64,000 nucleotides of DNA from Okamejei kenojei (Eukaryota): the NCBI GenBank assembly GCA_035221665.1, contig CM069132.1:117738001-117802000 (forward strand). Reading direction: 5' to 3'. The notes under the pieces were generated by a model that was not told where the DNA came from, did not search any database, and saw only the letters and a program-made list of their open reading frames with translations. Each line of letters opens with the position of its first letter. Position 1 is the first letter of the stretch. Below, piece after piece: positions 1 to 13,639 of the stretch. Both the position numbers and the translations under genes were made by a program.

Positions 1-104
1 TAGTCTGGGTCTCCTATCAATGTGTGTGGGAATCCAGTCATGAGCATGGAGTTGGGAACGTGGGGTTTCTGAAGAGTGTCATGGTTTCCACTGCAGGGGG
101 ATTT

Positions 105-746
105 AGAAACATAGAAAAATAGGTGTAGGAGGAGGCCATTTGGCCTTTTGAGTCAGCACTGCCATTCATTGTGATCATGGCTGATCATTCACAATCAGTA
201 ACCCCTGCCTGCCTTCTTCCCATATCCCTTGACTCTGCTAGCCCCTAGAGCTCTATCTAACTTTCAAATTCATCGAGTGAATTGGCCTCAACTGCCGTGG
301 CAGATAATTCCGCAAATTCACAACACAAAAAGTTTTTTCTCATCTCAGTTTTAAATGGCCTCCTCTTTATTCTTAGACTGTGGCCCCTGATTCTGGACTC
401 CCCCAACATCGGGAACATTTTTCCTGCATCTAGCTTGTCCAGTCCTTTTATAATTTTATACGTTTCTATAAGATCCCCTCTCATCTTTATAAATTCTAGT
501 GAATACAAGTCCAGCCTTTCCTCAAATGACAGTCCCGCCATCCCGCAGATCAACCTCATGAACCTACGCTGCACTGCCTCGAAAGCAAGGATGTACTTCC
601 TCAAATTAGGAGACCAAAACTGCACACAATACTCCAAATGTGGTCTCACTGGGGCCCTGTACAACTGCAGAAGGACCTATTTATTCCTATACTTATATCT
701 TCTCGTTATGATGCCATTAGCTTTCTTCACTGCCTGCTGTACCTGT
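105..746 (-). mobile_element. CR1/HER1-type LINE, 5'-truncated 3' fragment
   Basis: ORF 257..664(-) has the CR1 ORF2 C-terminal motifs VRPHLEYCVQFWSP and RGDLIETYKI. The (TTTCTATG)n-type tail appears as tagaaacatagaaa at ~105-118. Confidence 0.9.
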
Positions 747-1957
747 TTGAGAGTTAATTCGAGTCAGGTGGGATTGGGATCTTGAGTTGGAAATAAATTA
801 TGAGTGATCACTATCATGAAATCGCTATACAATTTCTCGGATGTTGGCAATACTTTTGAAAAGTAGTTGTGAACAGTGCAGTGCAGGAGCAGGCCCTTCA
901 GCCCACAATGTTTGTGCTGAACGTGACGCCAAGTTAAACTGATCTCATCTGCCTGTACATGATCCATATCCTTCTATTCCCTGGTCTTCCATGTGCCTAT
1001 CTAAAAGCCTCTTAAATGCCACAATCGTAACTACCTCCACAGGTGCCTCTGACAATGTGTTACAGGTCCTGACTACTCTCTGTGTAGAACATTTGCCTTA
1101 CACATCTCCATTAAACTCTCCCCTCTCACCTTAAAGTTGTGCCCTCTAGTTGGACATTTCTATCCTCAAAAAGGGTTCTGACTACCCTATGTATGCCTCT
1201 GATAATACTTCTATCAATGATCCCTCTACCGCAAACGTTCCAGAGAATGATTGTTAGATTTATCACATCCAATCAAATGGTTCATACTCCTGTTATTATA
1301 CTTTGTGTGGACAATCTTGCCTGAGTCCTTCTTTAGTTTGTACAAATCATGATTTTCTACCTTTCATGACCATTTTTAATACCTGTTCTGAAACCTGATT
1401 CTTGACACTTCAAATTAGAGGTTTATTGGGTGAAATCTGGAGCCTGCTAAATTAATCATGCTGATTTGAAGTGCCTTGACAACAGTTGTCCAACACCTGT
1501 TCCTCAAGCAACTCCATGTCTTTATTTGGTGAACTGTTATATGTAGATGAAGCACCTTAAAATACAGATTGAGGATTCAAGTGTGAAAGCGACCGGTTTT
1601 CGTTTTAACCCGATGTACATTGATAACACATTTTGCTGTAAATTATTCTGTTGCAATAAAATAATTTGGATTTTAAAATGTAATGGGGTACTGGATTCTA
1701 GTGGAAAGGATATCATGTGCAACATTTTGTCCTTGGTGTTTGTGAAAATTTGACTTCAACCTTAAAATTGTTTTATTTGTTTTCTTCAAACTTTAAGTGC
1801 TGTTTAAACTGGTATTCAAAACCATGTGATTTACTTCAATGCATGCTAATTAAACTCGCATGATGTGTCAGTTAAGTTGACTTGTACACGTGTATGGGAG
1901 AGCAGGCTAGGATAGTGGGGTTTAATCTTATCCAGAAAACATGAACTTTATCACAAA

Positions 1958-2127
1958 GGTGTGTGGGTTTGTAGGTTAATTAGCCTCTGTAAAATGTTCC
2001 CTAATGTGCAGGGAGTGAATGTGTAAATGGGATATCATAAAGGCAGTGTGAATGGTGATTGATGGTTGGTGTGGACAAGATGGGCTGAAGGGCCTATTTC
2101 CTTGCTGTATCTATAAACTAAACTAAA
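1958..2127 (+). mobile_element. HE1-type SINE, 3' part
   Basis: gtttgtaggttaattagcctctgtaaaatg...gggctgaagggcctatttc...(CTAAA)n tail, matching other copies in the window. Confidence 0.75.
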
Positions 2128-3688
2128 CGGTGTATGATAGGTCAATGTCTGTTTCCTTCAGGCTTATAGGTAAGGCGAGGTTTGACTCCAATGTTTTACT
2201 TTTCATCAGTTGCTGTTTGTGTACAACATTCTTTTCCTGTTTTTAAATATATTAATACCAATTTAAATATGAGTGAATGTCTGTTATATTAGAAGCTGCT
2301 GATATCAGGAGCTGAGTCATTGGTATGTTCTCTGAAATCCATTTACTGGCAATGTTGTTTTTGTTCTGTATTAGTTGCCAAGTTATCTGATTTCTTTGAA
2401 GCTACATACCAAAGTATTTAATTTTCAAAATTTATGCAGCATTCTGAGGACAGCATATTTCAAAACCATAAGTTTCCACTGCCCCCAGCCAAAATAAAGC
2501 TGATTTTTTTTTTTGTGACTAATGAAATTTTAATGTTGATTCATAATTTAATATTGATATACTCAGTGAAAAATAATACACTCCAAGAGCTAGCTCTTCA
2601 GGAGCAGCTGTATAGATTTTCACGGAGAAAGGTTGGCATGGAAATAATGCAGACTGTTAATAACGTGCAAATTGGCCAGCAACTTAAGGGAATGCAGAAA
2701 TAGCCCAGGAATTGCAAATTGGTGTAAATTTCACAGTTGATTTGGTGAAAATAGCATACTTTGCTTACACTTGATTTCATGAAATTGTCACATTTGCACT
2801 GTTTTTAACCTTTTCACAAAGTTCCCATTGATGTGAACTTTGGTTGCAGATTTTAAGGCTGCAATTTTCTAAAATTAAATCACATTATTTTACACCCTTC
2901 GGTTCTGTACATTTTTTCACTCCTTTCTAATTCAATGTTTCCTTCTGAAAATCTGCTTCAACAGAATCTGACCTTTTTTCATTATTGAGCACCTTACTGC
3001 ATCCTGGAAATGTTAACAAGGTTTGTTGAGTACTTAATTGCAATTTGTGTGTGGGCAATTAAGATAACAGCTTGGAATATCTATACCTATATGGATGCTT
3101 GTATTGGAGGCTACCTAATGCTTCTTCAATGGTGCTTTATTTGTCACATGTGCAACTGCACAGTGAAAATTCATTTTGCACATTGGTGCCATTTCCACAG
3201 CATCTTGGCATCATTTCCACAGTTCAAAGTTTGGTCTGCCCGTGTGCTTCGTCTACTAGAACAGTTCCCGATCCTGCTTTGCCCTATGCTCCTGCAGGGC
3301 CTTCTCCATTGCCCTCGACTGGATCAGCCCGTGAACCGATGTCCCTCCCCTCGCTCGGCCATCCCGGAGGGTCCTCCTGCAACCGTGAATTTGCCCATTT
3401 AGATGTTTTGCCCCATCAATAAGATCTTAACAGGTCTGATCTTGCCTTCATTCCACTTTCTTGTCTGATCCCCGCACTCTTGATTCCGCAAAAAAAAGCT
3501 GTCTCAGCTTTGAATGTACTTAATAACTCAACATCCACACCTTGCAGGGTAGAATATATTTATTGACTCAGCATCCAGGTTAGTGGAAACTAAAACTGCA
3601 TCCCAATAAGGGGTCAAGTTCTTCCTCTGGAGTTGAGCAGCAGACCTCCTATCATGATAATATACACTCTTGTTGTAGGCTCATCGTA

Positions 3689-3917
3689 GGGTGGCACAAT
3701 GGTAGAGTTGCTGCCTTATAGCACCAGAGACCCAGGCTCCACCTTGACTACAGGTGCTTTGGTTTCCTCCAACACTCCAAAGACAGGCAGGTTGGTAGGT
3801 TAATTGCCTTCTGGTCCCTAGGGCATAGGATAGAACTAATGTATGGATGATTGGCAAAGACTCAATGAGCCGAAGGGCCAGTTTCCATGCCTTATTTTGT
3901 GGTTCCACTAAACTAAA
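3689..3917 (+). mobile_element. HE1-type tRNA-derived V-SINE (internally deleted)
   Basis: ggtggcacaatggtagagttgctgcc head, ggtttcctcc core remnant, ctaaactaaac tail. Confidence 0.75.
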
Positions 3918-4129
3918 CACTTTTCAGAAAAACCTCTTCACAGAATCCTCCCTGTTAAGCCTCCTTTGCAATCTTCGGTATTTCAATGAGATCGCATCCT
4001 ACTCCTTTAAACTCCAGATAGCATGGAGTCATTCTTTCTTCACAGGCTATCCACATCTCAGAACCAATCTAATAAATCTTCTGCATCACCTCCACACCAA
4101 ATATATCCTAGCAAGAGCTTTGAAAAGGC

Positions 4130-4740
4130 ACCAAATGGTAGGCTGATGTGAAAGATTAGATAAAATGGGATTCAGTGTGAGCTTGTCAATTGGATACCAA
4201 CATTGGCTTAAAAATTGGAGAAATTGGAGTGGTGGTAGAGGGTTATATGTCATAGTGGAGGCTTATAACAAGTCAGAACTTGGTCCATTGTTGTTAATTA
4301 TTCATATTGATCATTAGAATATGATTATAGGTGGCACGGTTCATAAATTTGTGTATTATAATAAAATTGGTGGTATGGTGAAGAAGGTTATCTAAGATTA
4401 CATGGGATCTTGATGTAAAGCCAAGGATTGGCAGGTAAAGTTCAGATAAATGTAAGGTGCTGCATTTTGGTAAGACAAACCAGGGCTGGTCTTGCATAAT
4501 AAATGGAACCTGGGGAGTGTTGTAGCACTGAGAGACATGGGGGGTGCAGAAACATAGTTGCATGAAAGTGGCAGCACAGATACACAGGGTGGTAAAGAGG
4601 TTTGCACGGTTACCTTCTTTGGTCATTGCGTTAAATACAGGACTAGGGATGTCATGTTACAACTGTAGAGGATGTTAGGTAGGCCCCATTTGCAGTACTG
4701 TGTGCAATTCGGATTGCCCTGCAATAGAAAGGATGCCATT
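4130..4740 (+). mobile_element. Old CR1 RT relic
   Basis: Degenerate RT sequence; the short ORF MLGRPHLQYCVQF matches the CR1 C-terminal motif. Confidence 0.7.
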
Positions 4741-5004
4741 CACCATTTTTTAAAACCCTTGGAAGCAGTTCTAAATGATAAACTATTTAAGTCATTCAGT
4801 TATAGAATAATACTGCACAGAACCAGTCCCAACTCCTCCATGCTGACCAAAGTGGCTTACTGAGTTAATCCCATTTGCCAGCATTTGACCTCCATCCCTC
4901 TAAAACATTCCTCTCCATGAAACTCCCAACTTGGTAGGTGAGTCTGGAAGATTAGATCACCGATTTTACAGTTTGTCACGTGTCCCGAAGTACAGTGAAA
5001 AGCT

Positions 5005-5308
5005 TTAGTTTAGTTTATTTTAGAGACAGCGCGGAAATGGGCCCTTCGGCCCACTGGGTCTGCGCCGACCAGTGGTCCCCGCACATTAACATGATCCTAT
5101 ATCCACTAAGGACAATTTTTACATTTACCAAGACAATTAACCTACAAACCTGTACGTCTTTGGAGTGTGGGAGGAAACCTAAGATCTTGGAGAAAACCCA
5201 CGCAGGTCACGGGGAGAATGTACAGTCAGCACCCGTGGTCAGGATCGAACCCGGGTCTCCGGTGCTGCGTTCGCTGTAAGGCAGCAGCTCTACCGCTGCG
5301 CCACCGTG
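5005..5308 (-). mobile_element. HE1-type V-SINE, near full length
   Basis: (TTTAG)n tail, V-domain (tgtgggaggaaacc...gagaaaacccacgcaggtcacggggagaa), B-box ggatcgaacccggg, tRNA-like head. Confidence 0.9.
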
Positions 5309-5394
5309 ACTTTAATTGCGTGCTATCCAGTCAGCGGAAATACAATAAATGAATACAATCGAGCCATTTACAATATGTAGATACATTATAATTT

Positions 5395-5470
5395 CAAATG
5401 GTCGGCACGGACTGGAAGGGCCGAGAGGGCCTGTTTCCGTGCTGTAATTGTTAATTGTTATATGGTTATA
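5395..5470 (+). mobile_element. ~75-bp 3' terminus of the young CR1 family seen at 9835-13177 and 19446-20609
   Basis: aaatggtcggcacggactggaagggccgagagggcctgtttccgtgctgtaattgtt...tatatggttata is almost identical to the 3' ends of those copies. Confidence 0.85.
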
Positions 5471-5811
5471 AGGGGCTAATGTTCAGTGCAAGGTTAAGGC
5501 AACAAAGTTCGATCAAGGATAGTCCAAGGGTCACCAAGGAGGTAGATAGTAGTTCAGCACTGCTCTCTGGTTGTGGTAGGATGATACAGTTGCCTGTTAA
5601 AAACTGGGAAGAAGCTGTCCCTGAATCTGGAGGTGTGCGTTTTCACACTTACATACATAGCTACATCGACAATAGGTACAGGAGTAAGTCATTCGGCCCT
5701 TCAAGCCAGCACCGCCATTCAATGTGATCATGGATGATCATCCACAATCAGTACGCCGTTCCTGCCTTCTCCCCATACCCCTTGATTCCGCTAGCCCTAA
5801 GAGTTCTATCT

Positions 5812-7465
5812 CAAGTTCAAGTGAGTTTATTGTCATGTGTCCCTGATAGGACAATAAAATTCTTGCTTTGCTTCGGCACACAGAATATAGCAGGCATTTA
5901 CTACAGAATAGATCAGTGTGTCCATATATCATTATATAAATACATACACACATGAATAAATAAACTGATAAAGTGCAACTAACAGATAACAGATAATGGG
6001 TTATTAATGATCATAGTTTTCTCCGAGCCAGGTTTAATAGCCTGATGGCTGTGGGAAAGTAACTATTCCTGAACCTGGTCGTTGCAGTCTTCAGGCTCCT
6101 GTACCTTCTACCTGAAGGTAGCAGAGAGATGAGTGTGTGGCCAGGATGGTGTGGGTCCTTGATGATGCTGCCAGCCTTTTTGAGGCAGCGATGGCGATAA
6201 ATCCCCTCGATGGAAGGAAGGTCAGAGCCGATGATGGACTGGGCAGTGTTTACTACTTTTTGAAGTCTTTTCCTCTCCAGGGCGCTCAAGTTGCCGAACC
6301 AAGCCACGATGCAACCAGTCAGCATGCTCTCCACTGTGCACCTTAGAAGTTAGAGAGAGTCCTCCTTGACAAACCAACTCTCCGTAATCTTCTCAGGAAG
6401 TAGAGGCACTGATGTGCTTTCTTTTTTTAATTTATTTTTTTATTTTTATTTTTTAGAAGTAAGTACGTTACATTTTGATGGTACCTTTTTACAGGTTCCC
6501 AGAATTATTAAAACATTCTTTGTACAACTTCCTTTTTTTTTAGAAAGAAATGAGAAAGAACGAAGTAGTGAAGAGTAAAGGAAAGTCTAGTGAGTGTGAT
6601 GTAAAGAAAAGAAATGTGAAAAAGTGAAGCAGAAAGGAGATTCTCCCTCACCACAAGTCGATGCTTTTTTATATTCTTAATCATTTTTCACCCAAACCCA
6701 GAATTTTTAATCTTACGATACTATTGCACCACAGGAATCCACAAGGTCAATAAATGGAGACCAACTCGTTAAGAATTGGTCTTTTTTTTCTATTAGGAGG
6801 AGTCTCATTTCTTCCGAATGGGCAGTTTCCAACATATTACCAATCCACATTTTGAGTGTTGGTAAAGTAGCCTTCTTCCAAAATTTAAGTATGAGTTTTT
6901 TTGCTATTATTAAACCATAATTAAAAAATGAAATTTGGGATATATTTAATTTGTTTCCATCTCCTTTTACTCCAAAGATAATCATTTCCTGATGTGCTTT
7001 CTTTATAATTGCATTAGTGTTCTCGGACCAGGAAAGATCTTCAGAGATGTGCACTCCCAGGAATTTGAAACTCTTGACCCTTCAACCATTGACCCACTGA
7101 TATAAACAGGACTGTGGGTCCCCATCCTACTCCTTCCAAAGTCCACAATCAGTTCCTTGGTTTTGCAGGTGGCCAGGTAATTGTACTGGCACCATATGGA
7201 CAGTTGGTCGATCTCTCTTCTATACTCTGACTCATCCCCATCAGTGATACATCCAACAACATTGGTGTCGTCTGCGAACTTGATGATGGAGTTCACACTG
7301 TGACCGGCTACGCAGTCATGAGTATAGTGTGAGTACAGCAGGGGGCTGAGCACTTAGCCTTGAGGTGCTCCCTTGCTGATTGTTATCGAGGCTGACACAT
7401 TTCCATCACTACGAACGGACAGTGGTCTGTGAATGAGGATCCAATTGCAGAGGGATGCGCCGAGA
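5812..7465 (-). mobile_element. Rex1/Babar-like LINE, 5'-truncated, interrupted by an L1/Tx1 fragment
   Basis: RT motifs LSPLLYS and IIKFADDT (7003..7353), plus the C-terminal ESMLTGCIVAWFGN...RFRNSYFPTAIRLLN (6011..6334). Confidence 0.85.
6425..6988 (-). mobile_element. L1/Tx1-clade LINE 3' end with A-rich tail and 16-bp TSD
   Basis: Encodes ...GLIIAKKLILKFWK...W...WSPFI, typical of a fish L1 ORF2 end. T-rich run at 6425-6455. TSD ctgatgtgctttcttt at 6409-6424 and 6989-7004. Confidence 0.85.
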
Positions 7466-7972
7466 CTAACTCTCTTTTGAATGCATCCAGTGTAGGCTTC
7501 CACTGCCTTCTAAGGCAGAGAATTCAACAAATTCACAACTCTCTGTGTGAAAAGGTTTTTCCTCATCTCAGTCCTAAATGGCTTACCCCTTATTCTTAAA
7601 CTGTTGCCCCTGGTTCTGGATTCCCCCAACATCGGGAACATGTTTCCTGCATCTAGTGTATCCAATCCCTTAATAATTTTATATCTTTCTATAAGATCCC
7701 CGCTCATCCTTCTAAATTCCAGTGTATAAAAGCCCTGTCGCTCCATTCTTTCATCATATGACAGTCCAGCCATCCAGGCAATTAACCTTGCGACCTCCGC
7801 TACAATCCCTCAATAGCAAGAATGTCCTTCCTCAAATTAGGAAGGACATTACTTCTATACCCTTTGCTTGATGGGAGAGGGGAGAAGAGAGGATGAAGGT
7901 TTGATCCTAATAATCCCAGGTAAGCTAGTTGTTTGGATTCAAAATTGGCTTGGAGGAGGTAGGAAAAGTGTA

Positions 7973-8282
7973 GTTTAGTTTAGTTTTAGTTAGTTTAGAG
8001 ATACAGCACAGTAATTAGCCCTCCAGCACACCGAATCGCTCAACCAGCAATCCCCGCACACTAACACTATCTCACACACACTTGAGATAATTTACAATTA
8101 TACCAAGCCTATTAACCTGCAAAATCTGTACGTCATTGGAATCAGGGAGGAAACCTGAGCTCCCGGAGAAAGCCCACACAGGTCAAGGGAGAACGTACAA
8201 ACTCGGTACAGACAGCACCCATTGTCAGAATCCAACCTGGGTCTCTGGCCCTGTAAGGTAGCAACTTTACCGCTGCACCACC
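7973..8282 (-). mobile_element. HE1-type V-SINE
   Basis: (TTTAG)n tail, V-domain, tRNA-like head. Confidence 0.85.
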
Positions 8283-8497
8283 TTAGTTGTAGTTAGTTGT
8301 AATGGATTGTTTTCCAATTGGAGACCTATGTCCAGTGGTATTCTTGTTTGTTAATCACATTAACAATTTGGATGACAATGTAGTTCGTGTTGTTAGTAAA
8401 TTTGTAGATGACACTTAAATTGGTGCCATAGTAGACTGTGAGGAAGAATATCAATTTGCAACAGAATCTGCAGCAGTTTAACTCTGGCACGTGTAAG

Positions 8498-8860
8498 CTC
8501 ATAGAGTGATACAGTGAAGAAACAGGCCCTTCGGCCCAACTTGCCCACACCGGCTAACATGTCCCAGCTACGCTAGTCCCACCTGCCTGAGCTTGGTCCA
8601 TATCCCTCAAAACCTGTCCTATCCATGTACCTGTCTAAAAGTTTCTGAAACGTTGGGATAGTCCCAGTTTTAACTATCTCATCTGGCAGCTTGTTCCATA
8701 CACTCGCCACCCTTTGTGTGAAAAAGTTACCCCTCAGATTCCTATTAAATCATTTTCCCCTCACCTGTACATCTATGTCGTCTGGTCCTCGATTTTGCAA
8801 TTCTGGGCAAGGGATTCTGTGCATCAACCCAATCTATTCCTCTCATGATTTTATACACTC
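8498..8860 (-). mobile_element. CR1 3' fragment inserted into an older + strand CR1 relic (~7930-9825)
   Basis: Same family as 20616-21497 (catagagtgatacag...aaacaggcccttcggccc). Confidence 0.75.
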
Positions 8861-9044
8861 ATGTGTTTTATACACTGTTACACTTTGGTATGTCAAACCA
8901 AGCCAGGCATTGAAGATGGTAATGAAGATGGGTTGTAGAATAGACATCTGGGAGTACATGTGCATGGGTCCTTAAAGGTTGCTGTTCAAGTGGACAGTGT
9001 GGTGAAGTATGCATTTTGCATGCTTGCTTACATTGGGAAGAGTA

Positions 9045-9335
9045 GTTTAGTTTAGAGATACAGACTCTTCGGCCCACCGAGTCCGCGACGACCATACGCC
9101 AGCTCTCTTCGCCCCACCGAGTCCCCATACACCAGCACGTTCCTACACACATTAGGGAAAATTAACATTTTTCCGAAGCCAATTAACCTACAAACCTGTA
9201 CGTCTTTGTAGGGTGTGAGGAAGCCGGTGATCCCTGAGAAAACCCACGCAGGTCAGGGGGAAAACGTACAAACTCCGCACTCGTAGTCAGGATCAAACCT
9301 GGGTCTCTGGCGTTTTAAGGCAGTAACTCTACCAC
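9045..9335 (-). mobile_element. HE1-type V-SINE
   Basis: gtttagtttagagatacag tail; V-domain remnant. Confidence 0.8.
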
Positions 9336-9834
9336 AAAAGTACTGAGTACAAAAGTAGTGGCATCATGTGACAGCTGTACAAGTCATTGGTAAGACCACA
9401 TTTGGAGTACTGTGTGCAATTTTAGTCACCCAGCTATAGAAGGGATGTCATAAAGTTGGAAAGAATGCAGAAGCGATTCACTAGGATGTTACTTGGACTT
9501 GTGGGCTGAGTTATAGGGAAAGGATTGAGAGGGTGCGACTTCTTGAATTGAGGGTGTATGAGGCTGAGGGGTGACTTTATTGAATCATGAGGGGCATAAT
9601 GTAAGAAGAGGGAGATCTTGGTGGCAACTTTCTCACAGACGGAAGCCTGCATCTGGAGCTGCCAGAGGAAGTAATTGGAGCAGATACAGTTGTGACTTTC
9701 AAAAGGCATTTGGACAGATATGTGGATAGAAAGGGTTTAGAGGGATGTGGATCAAATGCAGGCAAATGGGACTAACCCAGAACACCAGTTTGGGTGACAT
9801 GGATAAGTTAGACAAAAGGACATGTTCATAAGTT

Positions 9835-12800
9835 ACGTGTCCAAAGGATTCTGATAAGGGAGGGAGAGGAGCCTGATGTTGTGGTACACATAGGTACCAA
9901 AGACATAGGCAGAAAAAGTGACGAGGTCCTGAAGGGAGAATTTAGGGAGTTGGGGGGAAAGTTAAGGAGAAGGACCAAAAGGGTAACGATTTCAGGATTA
10001 CTGCCTGTGCCGCGTGACAGTGATAGTAGGAATGAAATGAGGTGGAGGATAAATGCGTGGCTGAGGGACTGGTGCAGTGGGCAGGGATTCAAGTTTCTTG
10101 ATCACTGGGACCTCTTTTGGGGAAGGCATGATTTGTACACAAAGGACGGGTTGAACTTGAACCCAAGGGGGACCAATATCCTGGCAGGGAGATTTGCAAA
10201 GGCTACTGGGGAGACTAAACTAGAAAGGCTGGGTGGAGGGACTCGGGTAGAGGGGGGTAGGGGTCAGGGTGTGGGGCAAGAGGCAGAGAAGGGAAGCACT
10301 CGGATCCAAAATGTAGGCGAAAAAGATAATAGACAGAGAATAAGGGATGGTGGGTTTCTAAAATGTGTATATTTTAATGCTAGGAGCATTATAAGTAAGG
10401 TGGATGAACTTAGAGCCTGGATTGACACCTGGAAATATTCCAGGATTTCGTTGCTTCAGGTGTGATAGAATTGGAGGGACCAGAGGGGGAGGTGTTGCAT
10501 TGCTTGTCAGAGAAGATATTACAGCAGTGCTTTGGCAGGATAGATTAGAGGGCTCATCTAGGGAGGCTATTTGGGTGGAAGTGAGAAGTGGGAACGGTGT
10601 AGCAACACTTTTAGGGGTGTATTATAGACCGCCAAATGGGGAGCGAGAATTGGAAGAGCAAATATGTAAGGAGATAGCAGATATTAGTAGTAAGCACAAG
10701 GTAGTGATTGTGGGAGATTTCAATTTTCCAAAAATAGACTGGGAAACACATTCTGTAAATGGGCTGGATGGTTTGGAGTTTTTAAAATGTGTGCAGGATA
10801 GTTTTTTGCAGCAGTACATAGAGGTATCGACCAGAGAAGGGGCAGTGCTGGACCTCCTGTTAGGAAATGAGACAGGTCAGGTGACGGAGGTATGCGTTGG
10901 TGAGCACTTCGGGACCAGTGATCACAATACCATTAGTTTCAATATAATTATGGAGAGAGTCAGAACTGGACCTAGGGTGGAGATTTTTGATTGGAGAAAG
11001 GCTAACTTTGAGGGAATGCATAAGGATTTTAAAGGAGTGAATTGGGACACTTTGTTTCATGGGAAGGATGTAGAAGAGAAATGGAGGACATTTAAAGGGG
11101 AAATTGTAAGAGTACAGAATCTTTATGTCCCTGTTAGGTTGAAAGGAAATAGTAAAAATTGGAAAGAGCCATGGTTTTCAAGGGAAATTGGACACTTGTT
11201 TCGAAAAAAGAGAGATATCTACAATAATTATAGGAGGCATGGAGTAAATGAGGTGCTAGACGAGTATAAAGAATGTAAAAAGAATCTTAAGAAATAAATT
11301 AGGAAGGCTAAAAGAAGATATGAGATTGCTTTGGCAAGAAAGGTGAACGTAAACCCAAAGGGTTTCTACAGCTATATTAATAGCAAAAGAATAATGAGGG
11401 ATAAAATTGGACCATTAGAGAACCAGAATGGACAGCTATCTGCAGAGCCAAAAGAGATGGGGGAGATATTGAACAATTTATTTTCTTCGGTATTCACCAA
11501 GGAGTTAAGGGGAAAAAGTAGAGTAGCTATGGAAACTATGAGATTCAAAGAGGAGGAAGTACTGACACTTTTGAAAAATATAAAAGTGGATAAGTCTCCA
11601 GGTCCTGACAGGATATTCCCTAGGACATTGAGGGAAGTTAGTGTAGAAATAGCAGGAGCTATGACAGAAATATTTCAAATGTCATTAGAAACGGGAATAG
11701 TGCCGGAGGATTGGCATACTGCGCATGTTGTTCCATTGTTTAAAAAGGGTTCAAAGAATAAACCTAGCAATTATAGACCTATTAGTTTGATATCAGTGGT
11801 GGGCAAATTAATGGAAAGGATACTTAGAGATAATATATATAAGCATCTGGATAAACAGGGTCTGATCAGGAACAGTCAACATGGATTTGTGCCTGGAAGG
11901 TCATGTTTGACAAACCTTCTTGAATTTTTTTGAAGCGGTAACTAGGGAAATTGATGAGGGTAAAGCAGTGGATGTTGTCTATATGGATTTCAGTAAGGCC
12001 TTTGACAAGGTTCCCCATGGAAGGTTGGTTCAGAAGGTTCAATCTTTGGGAGTTAATGGCGGAGTAGCAAGATGGATTCAACAGTGGCTGAATGGGAGAT
12101 GTCAGAGAGTAATGGTGGATGGCTGTTTGTCAGGTTGGAAGCCGGTGACCAGTGGGGTGCCTCAGGGATCTGTGTTGGGTCCACTGTTGTTTGTCATGTA
12201 CATCAATGATCTGGATGATGGGGTGGAAAATTGGATAAGTAAGTATGCAGATGATACTAAGATAGGTGGTGTTGTGGGTAATGAAGTAGATTTTCAAAGT
12301 CTACAGAGAGATTTGGGCCATTTGGAAAAGTGGGCTGAAAGATGGCAGATGGAGTTTAATACTGTTAAGTGTGAAGTGCTACATCTTGGCAGGACAAATC
12401 AAAATAGGACGTACATGGTAAATGGTAGGGAATTGAGGAATGCTGTGGAACAGAGGGATCTAGGAATAACTGTGCATAGTTCCCTGAAGGTGGAATCGCA
12501 TGTAGATAGGGTGGTAAAGAAAGCCTTTGGTGTGCTGGCCTTTATAAATCAGAGCATTGAATATAGGAGTAGGGAAGTAATGTTAAAATTGTACAAGGCA
12601 TTGGTAAGACCAATTCTGGAGTATGGTGTACAATTTTGGTCGCCTAGTTATAGGAAGGATGTCAACAAAATAGAGAGAGTACAGAGGAGATTTACTAGAA
12701 TGTTGCCAGGGTACCAGCAACTCTGTTACAGAGAAAGGTTGAACAGGTTAGGTCTTTATTCTTTGGAGCGCAGAAGGTTAAGGGGGGACTTGATTGAGGT

Positions 12801-13177
12801 CTTTAAAATGATGAAAGGGATAGACAGAGTTGACGTGGATACGTTTTTCCCATTGAGGGTAGGGAAGATTCAAACAAGAGGGCATGACATGAGAATTAAG
12901 GGACAGAAGTTTAGGGGTAACGTGAGGGGGAACTTCTTTACTCAGAGGGTGGTGGCTGTGTGGAATGAGCTTCCAGCAGAAGTGGTGGAGGCAGGATCGA
13001 TTTTAACATTTAAAAGTAAAGTGGATAGGTATATGGACGTGAAGGGAATGGGAGGGGTATGGAGGGAATGGAGCAGGTAGATGGGACTAGGGGAAAACAA
13101 ATGGTCAGCACGGACTGGAAGGGCCGAGAGGGCCTGTTTCCGTGCTGTAATTGTTATATGGTTATATGTTATATGGT
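9835..13177 (+). mobile_element. Near-complete but inactivated CR1 LINE: ORF1 esterase C-terminus plus ORF2 APE endonuclease and RT
   Basis: SGNH-like VVHIGTKD; endonuclease motifs GVYYRPP, VGDFN and SDHN; RT motifs QHGF, DFSKAFD, GVPQGSVLGP and YADD. (TTATATGG)n tail. Stop at 11295-11297 and frameshifts near 10430 and 11925. Candidate TSD taagtt at 9829-9834 and 13178-13183. Confidence 0.95.
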
Positions 13178-13639
13178 TAAGTTGTAGGTGCAGATTTAGG
13201 CCATTTGGCCCATCAGGTGTAAATGGCTGATCTATCTTTCCCTCTCAATCCCATTTTCCTACCTTCTCCCAATAACCCCTGACTTCTGTACTAATGTACG
13301 GACTTGTTTTCATGCTGTATAGCTCAATGACTCTAACCTTTTCAAATGTCTTTTAAACTTCATAATTGTACCAGCTCTATCACTTCCTTTGACAGTCTGT
13401 TCCATATACCCTGCACTATAAACCCACCCAGTCTACATGGTAAAAGTTGCCACTCAGGATCCTGTTAAATCATTCCCTGTCACCCTCTAGTTTTAGACTC
13501 CCCTGTAGGGAAAAATACTGCAAATAGGCATTATTGGGCACTGCAGTCGGCAAGGACGAGGTGACCTGTAAGCCTGTTCGCGCTCTCCCTAAATGCAAGA
13601 CCTCCAGTCTTGACAACATCCCAGTGAATCTTTTAGACT

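Larger units (their letters stand above)
5668..7846 (-). mobile_element. CR1 3' fragment split in two (5668-5811 and ~7466-7846) by a Rex-like insertion
   Basis: The CR1 sequence ...gagttctatct resumes as aactctcttttgaatgc at ~7468. ORF 7510..7773(-) is a CR1 C-terminus. Confidence 0.8.

Noticed and set aside
282-785. Antisense ORFs over CR1 copies (also 7547, 18282, 29275, 53577, 54288)
   Set aside because: Shadow frames of LINE ORF2 that recur in every copy.
9881-10465. Apparent ORF1-ORF2 in-frame fusion in the CR1
   Set aside because: The usual ORF1 end (AAC TAG near 10218-10223) is present but out of frame, so a small indel in a decayed copy explains it.
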